DNA of 60,233 nucleotides, filler included, from Globobulimina sp. (lineage: Eukaryota): the NCBI GenBank assembly GCA_003354225.1. It is 13 parts of 13 records of this genome, joined end to end, with 100 filler letters (N's around TTAATTAATTAA, not from the genome) between each part and the next. Parts side by side here need not be neighbours in the genome. Positions count along the whole stretch, not along the records: positions 32,501 to 37,041 come from PIVH01001145.1; positions 37,142 to 41,682 come from PIVH01001146.1; positions 41,783 to 46,321 come from PIVH01001147.1; positions 46,422 to 50,959 come from PIVH01001148.1; 9 more parts are not named here. One strand, given 5' to 3'. The notes below the pieces were generated by a model that saw only the letters and a program-made list of their open reading frames with translations, was not told where the DNA came from and ran no database searches. Numbering within the stretch: position 1 is the first letter of the stretch; every line of letters begins with the position of its first letter. Position numbers and translations under genes: made by a program. This document shows positions 36,512-47,782 of this stretch, piece by piece.

Positions 36512-36928
36512 ATGTCGTCTTCTAGGAATCGAGCAGGGAGGAAACGTGATAATAAGAAACAAAAAACATCAATAAAAGCAAAATCTAATACAAAGAAAGA
36601 TGATCAATCATTATGGAATAAAGCATGGAAAGGAATAGGAGATAATGAATGGATAAGAGAGGATGTCGCAAGTATAATCTATTGGATTCGACAGATTTTG
36701 TCATTAATAATTGGAATGATGTGGGGTCTTATCAAATTGGAGGGAATACTTGCTGCTTTATTATATTTTGTTGTGTGTATTTTTACATTGCAAGCGTATA
36801 AGTCTCAATGGGCAGTTCCTGATGAAGTATTTGACATTTTTGATGCTTTGAAAGAGGGATTTGTGCCGGCTTTGGGTCTATTTCTAATGGGATGGGTCTG
36901 CACATATTCGCTTGTTCATTATGATTGA
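36512..36928 (+). CDS. RAB5IF: Rab5ip-family membrane protein (RAB5IF/OPTI-like)
   Basis: IIYWIRQILSLIIGMMWG...KEGFVPALGLFLMGWVCTYS. Confidence 0.8.
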   Translation: MSSSRNRAGRKRDNKKQKTSIKAKSNTKKDDQSLWNKAWKGIGDNEWIREDVASIIYWIRQILSLIIGMMWGLIKLEGILAALLYFVVCIFTLQAYKSQWAVPDEVFDIFDALKEGFVPALGLFLMGWVCTYSLVHYD

Positions 36929-37141
36929 ACCAAAAAGAGTGGGTTTAATAATGATGAATTTTACACCTTCGATAGATATAATTGTTTTGAAGTTGTGAAG
37001 TAGTAATGATTCATCTAGAGCTGCAGGGATTTTATTATATCNNNNNNNNNNNNNNNNNNNNNNNNNNNNNNNNNNNNNNNNNNNNTTAATTAATTAANNN
37101 NNNNNNNNNNNNNNNNNNNNNNNNNNNNNNNNNNNNNNNNN

Positions 37142-38423
37142 GCATTTATCAAATGATATCAATGGTCGAATATTGGAATAATGACGAAAACGTTTTCAAT
37201 TTTCTTGATTTTAATAAAAAGGCATTGGAATATGATGAATTTGTTCGGGAAAATAATAGATTTGGTGATAAAAATACAGATATTTATATTGGTTGCACCG
37301 AAATAATATCTTTAGATTCTATGCCTTATATTATTGCACAAATAAATGATATTTCGATTGATGGATTTAAGAACTACATGAATGACTATTATATAAAATA
37401 CAACGATGAGATAATTGATGATATTCTTGATTATACAGAAATAAATGGAGGCAAAATAAATTATTTATTGTCACCAAATAGAAATTTATCATCCGTCAAT
37501 ACCATTATTGAAGAAGTACAAAATCTGAAATATAATGAATATGCAAATTTTCATTGTTGGATACCAACAATATTTGATATTGATCATTCAAAGAATGTAA
37601 ACATATGCGGTGATATACATAATTTAAATAAGTATAAATTTGGTAAATTATATAATCATTTTATACCGCATATTTTTAAGAAAATGCTACCTTCTTTCTC
37701 GAGAATCATGCAATTAAAATTAAGAAACATAAAATTAAAATGCGTTGTCCAAATAAAAGATTATGAATTGAATAGTAATGATATATTTGAAGGTGTGATA
37801 CACAAAGATGGTTTATTTGAGTTTATAAACGCAATCGGACTTTATTACTATCACATTGATACTAATCTAATTGGAGGTAATTTAGAGTTACATTCATTGG
37901 TTGAAAGCAATGATGGAAATACGACGCATGGCACAGAAATTAAAAAAAATGTATGATTCCAACAAAGGAAAATCGAATGATTGTATTTAATAATTTTGCA
38001 GCATATCATAGAGTGACAAAATTGTATTTACTGAATAATACAAAAAAAGGACATCGAAAAGTTATTATATTTTTTATTTTAGATCCTAAAAAAATCAATA
38101 ATTGTTTAGATACAACAGTAATAAAAACGAATATTCATTATCATATGATACAACTTGTAATGATATGGTTTAATATAAAAGGAAACAATAATTGCCAGTA
38201 TGCACAGTATGATGAAGAATATAATTATAATTCCGGATATCAGTGGTTGTTTGATATAATAACTATTTATTTAATCGGTGATAAACACTTTGTTCAAAAA
38301 ACAAAAGATTTATTTAGAAAATCAAGAAAAGTCTATAGGTATCAGAAATTTCGTTGTGATCGAACTTCAATGACACAAAGTGGTCACACAACGCGATACG
38401 TACACAAAGACCTCCATTATTGA
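37142..38423 (+). CDS. DUF4246-like 2OG-Fe(II) oxygenase fold protein, with a frame break at A8 run 37942-37949 (pseudogene or sequence error)
   Basis: EGVIHKDG, IGLYYY, GGNL in the first frame; RMIVFNN..HRV..GHRKVIIFFILDP in the next. Confidence 0.6.
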
Positions 38424-38512
38424 CAAACGACTAAAATAAGATAGTAACCAACATTTTATCACTCGAAAAAAGATAATCATAACAGACTGAAAAAACACTC
38501 TTGCAAATTGCA

Positions 38513-40817
38513 ATGGGTGCGGAACTAACTAGATGTTGCGGTGTGGACGATGACTATTACGAACGAATAAACATAACCAAAAAGGGTGAAGGTACGGTGC
38601 ATACAATAGAATTAATATATTCCTTACAAAAAAACCAAAAAAAACCAACAAAAAACAGAGGATGAACAACGCGACAGTGAACGCAAGAAAATTAAAAGAA
38701 AATTAAAAACAATCTTAGTTCATAAAGACCCAGAATTCGCGAAATATATTAAAACAGAAAAGTATGAGCGATTGCAAAATATCAGTGCCACCAAAGAAGA
38801 AAATCTCTTAACTGCATTTGTGAAAAACGAGTTAGCGAAAGAAATCACATGGGACATATTGCTAGCAATTGCATCCAAAAAATATGGCGAAATCGAATTA
38901 AAAAAGCTACGCTCCAAAAAACACACCAATTCCTTGACTGATACGGGCAACGACGACGAAAAAAAGCAGCCAGAGCAAGATACAAAAGACAGCAGCGACC
39001 ACAGCAACAGTTACCATGACAACAACCACAAATACAAGAATTTGAAAGACTGCAATGATATGTTACCATTATCGACCTTAACATTTCGGTTTGCTTGGAA
39101 CAAATTGTACAAAATGATTCGCCCGGAGAGCTTACAAGAATTAGAGGCTGAAATGCAAATTGCGGTGAATAAGAATAAGCGCATTCGTGCCATGGGCAGT
39201 CGCTATGCATGGACCAACGTGACATTTACCGATGGCTTATTGGTGGATTTATACAATTCAAGTCTGAACAAACCGAAATTAAATCTGGACAATACCTGTT
39301 TGAATAAGTACGGAAAAGAGCTAGATTTGCACTCCAATTTGTTACTGACAGAGTGCGGTGCGAATGTCAAGGAAATCCACGAGATATTGTGGCCAAAGGG
39401 GAGGCGCAGGTTTTTAGTCAATAAGCAACAGAAAGCGTATAAAATGATCCCTGACATCCCTGGCTTTGACGATATTTGTATCGGAGGCTTGATTCAAAGC
39501 GGTGGCTATGGCATTGGCACCCCGTATCATTACGGCTCATTCGGTAATCATATACGCTCGTTTTGTATGCTCATAGTCGACGACAAAAGAAAGGTACAGT
39601 ACGCAATTATGCACATCCTCGCACACAATATATACACTTATATATCTATGCAGGTTCGTAAGATTCAAGTGGAGCCATCGCCGGATAATGGCGCCATCCA
39701 TGACGCGTATAAATGGTGTCGAAAATACCCAAATATCCAATTGATACAAAATGACAGCATCTTCCATGCGTTGTTGGTGTGTTTGGGAACGTGCGGTGTG
39801 ATGTATTCCGTATTTATAGAGTTGATGGATGCGCATTACTTATATGAGCGCAGATATATGATGTCTTGGAAACAATTTAAGCACAAAAAATGGAAAGCCA
39901 TTGATAAGAAATGCAAAAATGGTGACATTGTACGTCTGCAACTATACATCTCGCCATATTTGACCTATGACAAAAGGTATCGAGAATCGCCACCAATTAT
40001 TATAAACACGTATGAATATACGGAAGAAATGCCCAAACACCAAACAAATGAAAGGGACACTGGCCATCATAGATCACGCGATACGGAGCGCGCCACCATA
40101 TTAGCATCGCTGTTGGCGACCAGATATGCCAATAAATGGCCTCGATTGGTACCATTTATCCTGCAAATGAGCATGGAATGTACCTGTCATTCTGGTGTCA
40201 GCATAGCTGCAGCAGATGCCATATTATATGGCAATTATAATATTATTCCGACGCACAAGTCGGGCTTTGGAATGAGCGCAGCCTCATTTACCGGGATTGG
40301 CGATGATTACATTCGATTATGCAATATATTGCGGGCCAAATGCAGCAAACAAATTATTACACAGCCGGTAGCGATCCGATTTAGCAATCCGGGATTTGGT
40401 TTATTGAATTTTACATATAATCAATCTTCGGTGATTTTGGAACAGTCATTGTATGACTTTCGGAATAGTATATACTTTGAACCCAATGAGATTGAAAATA
40501 AATCCACTTCGCCGTCATCACCGACATCATCGGATAATAATAATTCGACACAGCAACAATTACAAATATGTACGTCGACGACGCCGAAACTATGGCATAC
40601 TTTGTTTAAATTACAGGATTTGTGTATGGGTGAAAAGTATAAAGGAAAACCGCATTTGGGACTCTATTTTCACGTCGATCAAAATATTTGGAAAAACCAT
40701 AATCAATCCTTTACGGAGTTTATTGAGATTTATAAAAAATTTAATTCGCATAAGATATTTTGCAATGCATTTACAAAGGAATCTGGACTTGATAAGTATG
40801 CACACTTTGTACAATGA
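38513..40817 (+). CDS. FAD-linked oxidoreductase (ALO/gulonolactone oxidase-like), spliced
   Basis: IRAMGSRYAW, IGGLIQSGGYG, LGTCGVMY and GKPHLG; probable ATG 38513 (MGAELTRCC); in-frame intron near 39593-39652. Confidence 0.75.
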
Positions 40818-40963
40818 TTTTATTTTACTTTAGATGTTTGTACCTTTTATTCTTATTTTTTCGACACTTTTTTTTTTGCCTTTCATGTTATTTGTATAAT
40901 GTAGTGTTTCGGATAAATATTCACAAAATCGATTGACAGTTCAACTGTTTTTCTATCACTGGC

Positions 40964-41682
40964 ATGAAAGGAATGTGCAACAAAACTGGTAAAATCCAGA
41001 GACAATCTCCCAAACAAACACTTGAAAATGATGACAATAAATGTGTACAAAGTGACCATATAATAGAAATAAATGACGATTCAACATTAAAGCAATTTGA
41101 TTATAATCTATATTGGAAACGTGCAATTTCTGGTTATTGTACTCGTTGTGAAGGAAATATCCCATCTGATATAATAGCGGTAGTCGCATTGTATATGGTT
41201 CGAATGGAATATTTCTCAGCGTGTGGAACAAATCTTGAAATAAATAATGAATATCAACTTGTTTCTGTTTCTGGATATCCAGTGCATTCTGCGTTTGGTG
41301 CCTTATCTATATCATCAACAGATGAATGTGTATATAAATGGCATATTGATATAAAAAATCAAAATTCTATGATGGCCATTGGTATTGCATGCAATTTCAA
41401 CGACATTAATTCTGCGTTTCATTTGGATAATACGTGCATTAATTATGCATTTAACTGTTTCTCTGGTTATAAATGTTCAAGAGGTGACTACGAATTATAT
41501 GGCAGTGCATGTGGTCGTGGAGCAAACGATTGTGTTGAAATGATTGTTGATTTATATAGTAAAACTTTGTCCTATTCGATCAATAACAAACCAAAAAAAG
41601 TTGCTTACAAAGATATTGAAGTTGGTGAAGATATTAAATATGTTTTTTGCGTTGCAATGAGTGGAGATTCAGTTCGTAGAAT
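40964..41682 (+). CDS. SPRY/B30.2-like domain protein (3'-partial)
   Basis: YKWHIDI..MAIGI..VEMIVDL..KTLSYSIN. Confidence 0.6.
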
Positions 41683-41782
41683 NNNNNNNNNNNNNNNNNN
41701 NNNNNNNNNNNNNNNNNNNNNNNNNNTTAATTAATTAANNNNNNNNNNNNNNNNNNNNNNNNNNNNNNNNNNNNNNNNNNNN

Positions 41783-42590
41783 TATTTTGTTTTCGTACTC
41801 CCCAGGTCCATTTTCCTATAGTGTTATTGTCATTATTGCCTAAATTTAAATTACAAGTTTTGATGAAATCTCTTACTATGAAACCATTGTTGTTTATCGT
41901 ATCGTGGTTACCTATGATTCCGTGAATATCGTTGCCTATATGGCCGTTAAAATCTCCTACTATAATGATTTCGTAATTGTTAAATTGACACCAGTTAATA
42001 TGGGAATTTAGACGTTGATACAGTTCAGTGTTTATTGTATTAGCTTCATCAAAACTTTGATTTTTAAAATATACAGCACATATCGCAGTCGGACCGTTAT
42101 TTTGACATAATATCCAATTATATAAATTACTTACTGAATCGGTTGCCCCATCAATGTCCAATTTGGTTGGTTTCATGTGGTTTTTTCCCCATATGCTAAT
42201 TCCACCGGCACTGTTACCTATTTGTAATTTATGGAAACCAATATAGTTATCAAAATTTTGTATGTCTAAAGGTGATTTACATTTTGTTTCTACGCAACAG
42301 ATAATATCGGGTGATAGACAATTAATATTATTCAACATGATATCAATTTTATTTTTTATAGAACATATATTGTTATATAGCATAGATATAGTTTTATATT
42401 TAATATAGTTTCTAATTTCAGATTCTTGTCTTTGGTGATGATGGCTTTGAACCCCATTTTGATATCGTTGTTGAATATATTGATTTGGCATGATAATTGG
42501 CACAGTGATAATTGGCATTTGTTTATCGTTTATATCGTTATAAATTTTATCGTAATATCGTATTACATTGCCGTCCCTTTCTATCCCCCC
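41783..42590 (-). CDS. LINE A ORF2, APE endonuclease domain (3'-partial; -1 frame relative to ORF1, first ATG at 42518)
   Basis: YNNICSI, CCVET, AGGISI, VGDFNGH, WTW. Confidence 0.85.
42568..42590 (-). promoter_or_regulatory. Putative -1 programmed frameshift cassette: G_GGG_GGA, 6-nt spacer, GGGACGGCAA
   Basis: Same geometry and same downstream motif as in LINE B. Confidence 0.65.
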
Positions 42591-45500
42591 TGGCCTTGTG
42601 TTAGTAATTTATCGTGTATACCGTTCACCCAGCATAATATTCCCTCTCGCCAAATCTCGTTTGCTAAAATTTTCTTTCCATTATCGGTTAGATGAATACC
42701 AAATGTAAATGATTCCAGAGCACTTTCCATATCGATTCCTGTAGTATTGTGTAATTTCGTTGTTTCTTCGTCTATCGCATGTGCCAATTGTATCGCTCGG
42801 ACTGGAATTTTTTCTTGTTGACCAAAATGAACCATATCTTCAGCGAAAACTGCTTCGACTTTTTTGATGAATTTTAGATTTCCTGGATCAGTCGGGTTAA
42901 CCATATAGCCTCCTGATATTGGATGTGTGATATTGACTAATATAGCAGCTTTCGGATTTAATCTTCGTACTTCTCGTATTATCGACATTAATTTTTCTCG
43001 TAATTGATTATATCGTCTTGTAGTGTTTGCTTCAATATTGCCTTCTCGTCTGAAGTAAGCTAACATATCGGTAACATCCATAACTCCTTTTAGTATTATT
43101 ATCGTTTCGTCTCCTTCAATCATAGCTGGGACACAATATTGCATATTTCGCCAACGTTGACTCACTAGACCTTTACCCAAAGTTTTCGTACCAATATATA
43201 TCAAATATCGTCCCCAATTATTTTCAGCATATGCTTCAGTTAGTGCTTCTTCGAGACCAACTGCTGTCGAATCACCTCCAATAAAAATTCGGATACCTGG
43301 TAATCGTATTTTCGTATCATCTATCGCTGGTAACATATTATGTAGTCGTCTTTCGTTTATCGTTCGAAGTTTTAGTCCAGGTAATATCGGTGGTTTCGTA
43401 TCGTCTGCATATATTCTATTACATCTCGTACACCATCCCATATTGAAATCTTCAACGGTATCGACGCACGATTTTAGATGCTGGTGAGGTAAAATTTGTT
43501 TAAAGTCTATAGTTTTAGAATATAGTAGTTTCTTACCTACGGTATCTCTTGTTTCCTTAATAGCATTTCGTTTTCTCGTATTTTCGTCACGTTCTCGTTT
43601 TTCTGTTTCTGCGGATCGTCCCGATGATGCCACACTTCTAACGCTACCTGCTACAGAATCTTGTCGTTGTTGTTGTTCGATATTTGAAGATCCATAAATA
43701 CCATATAGTGCTCGGATCCTTTTATTTTTATCGCTATCAGAAAGGTTATCGAAATCTCGATGTTGTTGTACTAGTTGAGGAGTTCGTCTACTAATGTTCT
43801 CTGATTGTGATTGTCGTTGATATGGTTTTCCTCTGTCTCTGTCGGCTTGATATTGTGATGTTGTTGGAGATGTACTTGATGTCGGTCTTATTGGTATATA
43901 TTGAGATGTTGGTGAAATACTGGATATGGGTCTATCGCCACGTTGTTGTCGCCTTCTGTTGTCGTATTCCTCTCTAGTTTTTCGTATCCATGGTAAATTA
44001 TTGATATCGAAATCCACATCATATCGTTTATGGAACCATTCTATACGAATATTTCGTGAATCGATTTTTTCAAAAGATACTGGTCGTCGTTTAGAATGTT
44101 GTTTGGATAATATCGAAGCGAAAGATGCAAGATCGTCAACGGTTGGACCTATGTTAGATCCTATCGAATGTATCGACCAATATCGCATATACATCATGAA
44201 TTGAGCATTGGCTTTGTTTTTTGTTTGCTGATCTTGTTTATCGTAATGTGAGGCATAAAAAGAACAAAGTGATGTTAGTATCGCACCAAATCTATTGTTA
44301 TCGATATCGTAATCATTCTCAACTTCTAATGTCGTCATATATATCGTTGGGTCTGAACCGTCAAATCCAATGCCAATTTTTTTATCTAGTGATAGATATC
44401 GAATTCGTAGATCTTGTGTTTTACCTATTCGTCCTAATAGTACTTTGATTGTTTCGTTTTGATTTGTTCGTAACGTCCAAAAATCAGAGAATCGTTCTGA
44501 TATCCATTCAATATCGAATTTGTGTTTATGGTCGTTATAGTTAGATATCGGGATTTCGTTCATAATATAGTCATAATGATCGCTGTCCATTTGTTGTGAA
44601 AGTTCATATAGTAATTCTTCATCTTCACATTCTACGCACATGAGGACTTTGATATAGTGATCGAAGCTTTTGTATAGAAAACCACTTTCGTATGGGTGTT
44701 CGTATTTGTCTTGTATATCCTCGTCAATAGTTGGTCTCGATTTTGGATAAATGTCGCCAATATCGCAATGGTGATTTAGAGAGAAAATATCTTTTCGCAT
44801 ACTTCCTACTAACAAATCGTTACCTCCTCTGTCGGTTATTTCTTCAGTTTCACCTTCTTCTGATGCTTCCGAAGGTATCGTTTCAGTTTCCTTTTCTTGT
44901 TTTTCTTGTTTTGATAATCTGATTTCTAGTTTCTCGAGTTTATCGGATAATTTAACTATAGTATCGCTTAGTGTACGTACTGATTCTTTAGATGCCGATT
45001 CTATCGATAGTTCGTCAATTTCGCCTTTTAATTTCGTATTCCAACCTTGTAATTTCGTACTCCATGCAGATACATTATTTTGGACTTCAGTCAGTATCGC
45101 TACTGATGTTTTATCGTCTTCAGGCATATTGTTCTCAATATCGTTTAATTTAGTTTTAAGCAAGTCAATTTCGGTTCCTATAGTATCGGTATATTGTTCC
45201 CCTGCTATAAGATTTTGTGATATGAAAGATGAATTTATCGTGGTGAAATTCGTACCATTTGCAACAGATTCCATACTGTGGAAACATATCGTTAATAATT
45301 TCGATGTTAATTCCATACATAATTTCGAATTAGTTTCGAATAGATCACATATCGCTCTAACATCTGCCGATTCATTGTTTTTTAATATAGCTAGTTTATC
45401 GTTGAATTGTTGGAGAATATCGTATATATTTTGTCGTAATTCTCTACATGTAGCAATATCGTTTTTCAAATATAATCCAGAATAATGGATGAATTTAGTT

Positions 45501-46024
45501 CTTTCGTTAGGATATCGTTTTTCGGCTTCATTTAGATTTGATTTAGCAATGTCTTCGTCTTGTAAGTCCAAATTATATTGTATTTCGCCAGTACTATCGA
45601 TTTTTCCATTTTCGTAAATAGCAGCTACTTTTTCTAAGATATCGTATTCACCTCGATCTATCGTAAGATGTTCCATTGCTGTTATAGTATCCAAGATTTC
45701 AAATGGGATATCTGAAACAGAATTAGCGTCATTTATAGTCATATATCGTTTTTTGTTATCGTTTATAGTAGTAAAACTCTTAATATTGTCAATAATAATA
45801 CAATCGTCCTTTTTTCCAATATCGCTACTAAGATTTCGTACAATTTGTGATATCGGTTTCTTTTTACCGGTTGATTTCGGCTCTTTCTTTCGTGATCTCG
45901 AATATTTTTTACTATCGAGGGGACTTCTCTTAGGCGTAATATCGTCACTAGTTTCATTTCCCTTTTCACTACTCATATTTACCTTATTATATCGTATTAT
46001 TGTTTTGTCGACTTTATTTTCCAA
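42581..46024 (-). CDS. LINE A ORF1: coiled coil, R/S/Q-rich region and C-terminal SGNH/GDSL esterase-like domain
   Basis: IFIGGDS (block I), IILKGVMD (block III-like), GIHLTDNGKKILA (block V-like); first ATG at 45976. Confidence 0.7.
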   Translation of the reverse strand: MENKVDKTIIRYNKVNMSSEKGNETSDDITPKRSPLDSKKYSRSRKKEPKSTGKKKPISQIVRNLSSDIGKKDDCIIIDNIKSFTTINDNKKRYMTINDANSVSDIPFEILDTITAMEHLTIDRGEYDILEKVAAIYENGKIDSTGEIQYNLDLQDEDIAKSNLNEAEKRYPNERTKFIHYSGLYLKNDIATCRELRQNIYDILQQFNDKLAILKNNESADVRAICDLFETNSKLCMELTSKLLTICFHSMESVANGTNFTTINSSFISQNLIAGEQYTDTIGTEIDLLKTKLNDIENNMPEDDKTSVAILTEVQNNVSAWSTKLQGWNTKLKGEIDELSIESASKESVRTLSDTIVKLSDKLEKLEIRLSKQEKQEKETETIPSEASEEGETEEITDRGGNDLLVGSMRKDIFSLNHHCDIGDIYPKSRPTIDEDIQDKYEHPYESGFLYKSFDHYIKVLMCVECEDEELLYELSQQMDSDHYDYIMNEIPISNYNDHKHKFDIEWISERFSDFWTLRTNQNETIKVLLGRIGKTQDLRIRYLSLDKKIGIGFDGSDPTIYMTTLEVENDYDIDNNRFGAILTSLCSFYASHYDKQDQQTKNKANAQFMMYMRYWSIHSIGSNIGPTVDDLASFASILSKQHSKRRPVSFEKIDSRNIRIEWFHKRYDVDFDINNLPWIRKTREEYDNRRRQQRGDRPISSISPTSQYIPIRPTSSTSPTTSQYQADRDRGKPYQRQSQSENISRRTPQLVQQHRDFDNLSDSDKNKRIRALYGIYGSSNIEQQQRQDSVAGSVRSVASSGRSAETEKRERDENTRKRNAIKETRDTVGKKLLYSKTIDFKQILPHQHLKSCVDTVEDFNMGWCTRCNRIYADDTKPPILPGLKLRTINERRLHNMLPAIDDTKIRLPGIRIFIGGDSTAVGLEEALTEAYAENNWGRYLIYIGTKTLGKGLVSQRWRNMQYCVPAMIEGDETIIILKGVMDVTDMLAYFRREGNIEANTTRRYNQLREKLMSIIREVRRLNPKAAILVNITHPISGGYMVNPTDPGNLKFIKKVEAVFAEDMVHFGQQEKIPVRAIQLAHAIDEETTKLHNTTGIDMESALESFTFGIHLTDNGKKILANEIWREGILCWVNGIHDKLLTQGQGG

Positions 46025-46424
46025 ATTCTTTGGTTTCTTTTTAAAGCTTTGAGTTCACTTGCCACACAACCGATTTTTCGTACGCTTTTCTCTCCTATGG
46101 TTTCTCTGTCGTCAGACAAACCGCAGAATATTCCCAAACTTTCTACATGGTATTTTTTGTCGTTGTGGGTAGATATATCGTGTAGATTACGGTATTGTGT
46201 TGTTTTCATTTTACGTTGTGCAAGATTTGATGCATTTAATTTCGTTGTTGACGGTCTATATTTCTTAGTACGCATCGACGCTACTGACGCAATTTTTTGT
46301 TTGTTTAATTTGTGCCTGAAANNNNNNNNNNNNNNNNNNNNNNNNNNNNNNNNNNNNNNNNNNNNTTAATTAATTAANNNNNNNNNNNNNNNNNNNNNNN
46401 NNNNNNNNNNNNNNNNNNNNNGTA

Positions 46425-47744
46425 ATGGGAAACAAGTTGAGTGGGATTGCCAACCGCAAAGACAAAACCAAAGAAGTCCAACAGACACTTGACAACCTTC
46501 CAGGACTCGTTTGCGTCACTGATAATTTACCTGCGGCTGCGGCACCGTCTATCGATGAGGAATTAAAAACTAGTGAGCAATTTGAAGAATATTTCAAACA
46601 AATAATAAGGAAATGCATAGCGTGCAAGGCACAAAGTATTGACTTAATACCGCCAAACATGTCAGGATCTTCTATGCCATCCTTTAAATTCCCTTATACT
46701 TTGTTCAAAGAGTGTTCCTCAAACTTAGTGGAATTAAGTATAGTATGGCCGCAGCCGCAGCGTACTACACAAGATTCCAACGCAACCAATTCATTTCCAT
46801 CAGATATATTTGACCATTTACCAAATTTAAAAACTCTAAACTTAGGAAGATATTCATTGCCATATTTATCAGATAAAATAGGAAATTTAAGCAATTTAGA
46901 GTCATTATATTGTTATGGTTCACAAATTATGTGCTTTCCGCGTACAATGTTTAAATTGAAGAAACTTACTAAATTTGACCCGTATTGCTCGTATCAACTA
47001 CATTATCTTCCATATGAAATGAAAGAATGCCCATTGAAGGACTCGAGGATCTCAACTGGTGCCCTATGGAACAATTATAAAAATAAGCAGTTATTTGCAC
47101 CATTACCGCGCTATCCACACACATTTGTGGCTGAAATTAATGATTTTGTGTTCAATCAGCAACAGTTGAAAAGTTATATGTGTGGTAATTGTGCATTGAG
47201 CGATAATTTGAATGAGTTGATTTTTAGCTTTGCATTTGATAGTTGCCATTGTACCTTTTGTTCAATCTGCAAATGCAATATTATCAAAGAGTATGTTTAT
47301 TATATTTGGGTATTTGAAAGAATTGGAACGGATTCTGTTGGATTATTAGGGCGAATGTGTCCAAATTGTATTGAAAAACGTGTAAAAAGCAAAGATTTTA
47401 TTGCCAATAATAAGAAATGCGATGTTTCAGATGGAACGGGTTGGAGTGAAATTAATTGGAGTGAGAATGTTGGAGAAAATGAAAGATTTTTGTACAATAA
47501 AAAAGGAAAAACGACATCTGCAAAAACCAAATGTGTCTATGAAAGAAATGAAACAGATTTCTATAAAATTCCACCAATGCGAGTTTCATGGAAATATACA
47601 GGTTTTGAGTCAAGTGATTATAACATGCACAATGTAGTAAAGAGTTGGATTAAATTTTGGAGGTATAATTTGTTGATTGATTTTGAGGGCTATGAGTTAT
47701 GTACAAATACTCAAACTGATGAGGTTAATGTGATATTCATATAA
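46425..47744 (+). CDS. Leucine-rich repeat protein with Cys-rich C-terminal region
   Basis: LPNLKTLNL, IGNLSNLESLY, LKKLTKF; MGNKLS myristoylation-like start. Confidence 0.75.
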   Translation: MGNKLSGIANRKDKTKEVQQTLDNLPGLVCVTDNLPAAAAPSIDEELKTSEQFEEYFKQIIRKCIACKAQSIDLIPPNMSGSSMPSFKFPYTLFKECSSNLVELSIVWPQPQRTTQDSNATNSFPSDIFDHLPNLKTLNLGRYSLPYLSDKIGNLSNLESLYCYGSQIMCFPRTMFKLKKLTKFDPYCSYQLHYLPYEMKECPLKDSRISTGALWNNYKNKQLFAPLPRYPHTFVAEINDFVFNQQQLKSYMCGNCALSDNLNELIFSFAFDSCHCTFCSICKCNIIKEYVYYIWVFERIGTDSVGLLGRMCPNCIEKRVKSKDFIANNKKCDVSDGTGWSEINWSENVGENERFLYNKKGKTTSAKTKCVYERNETDFYKIPPMRVSWKYTGFESSDYNMHNVVKSWIKFWRYNLLIDFEGYELCTNTQTDEVNVIFI

Positions 47745-47782
47745 TAAAAACTCGTCGTTAAGACTGTATATTTATAATTAGG

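Larger units (their letters stand above)
41783..46321 (-). mobile_element. Non-LTR retrotransposon (APE-type LINE, element A): ORF1 and the start of ORF2
   Basis: Large ORF1 followed by an APE endonuclease ORF homologous to the ORF2 at 56358-59897. Confidence 0.85.

Noticed and set aside
37938-37956. A_AAA_AAT as a programmed -1 frameshift in the DUF4246-like gene
   Set aside because: Plain A8 homopolymer with no evident downstream structure or second example; an indel is simpler
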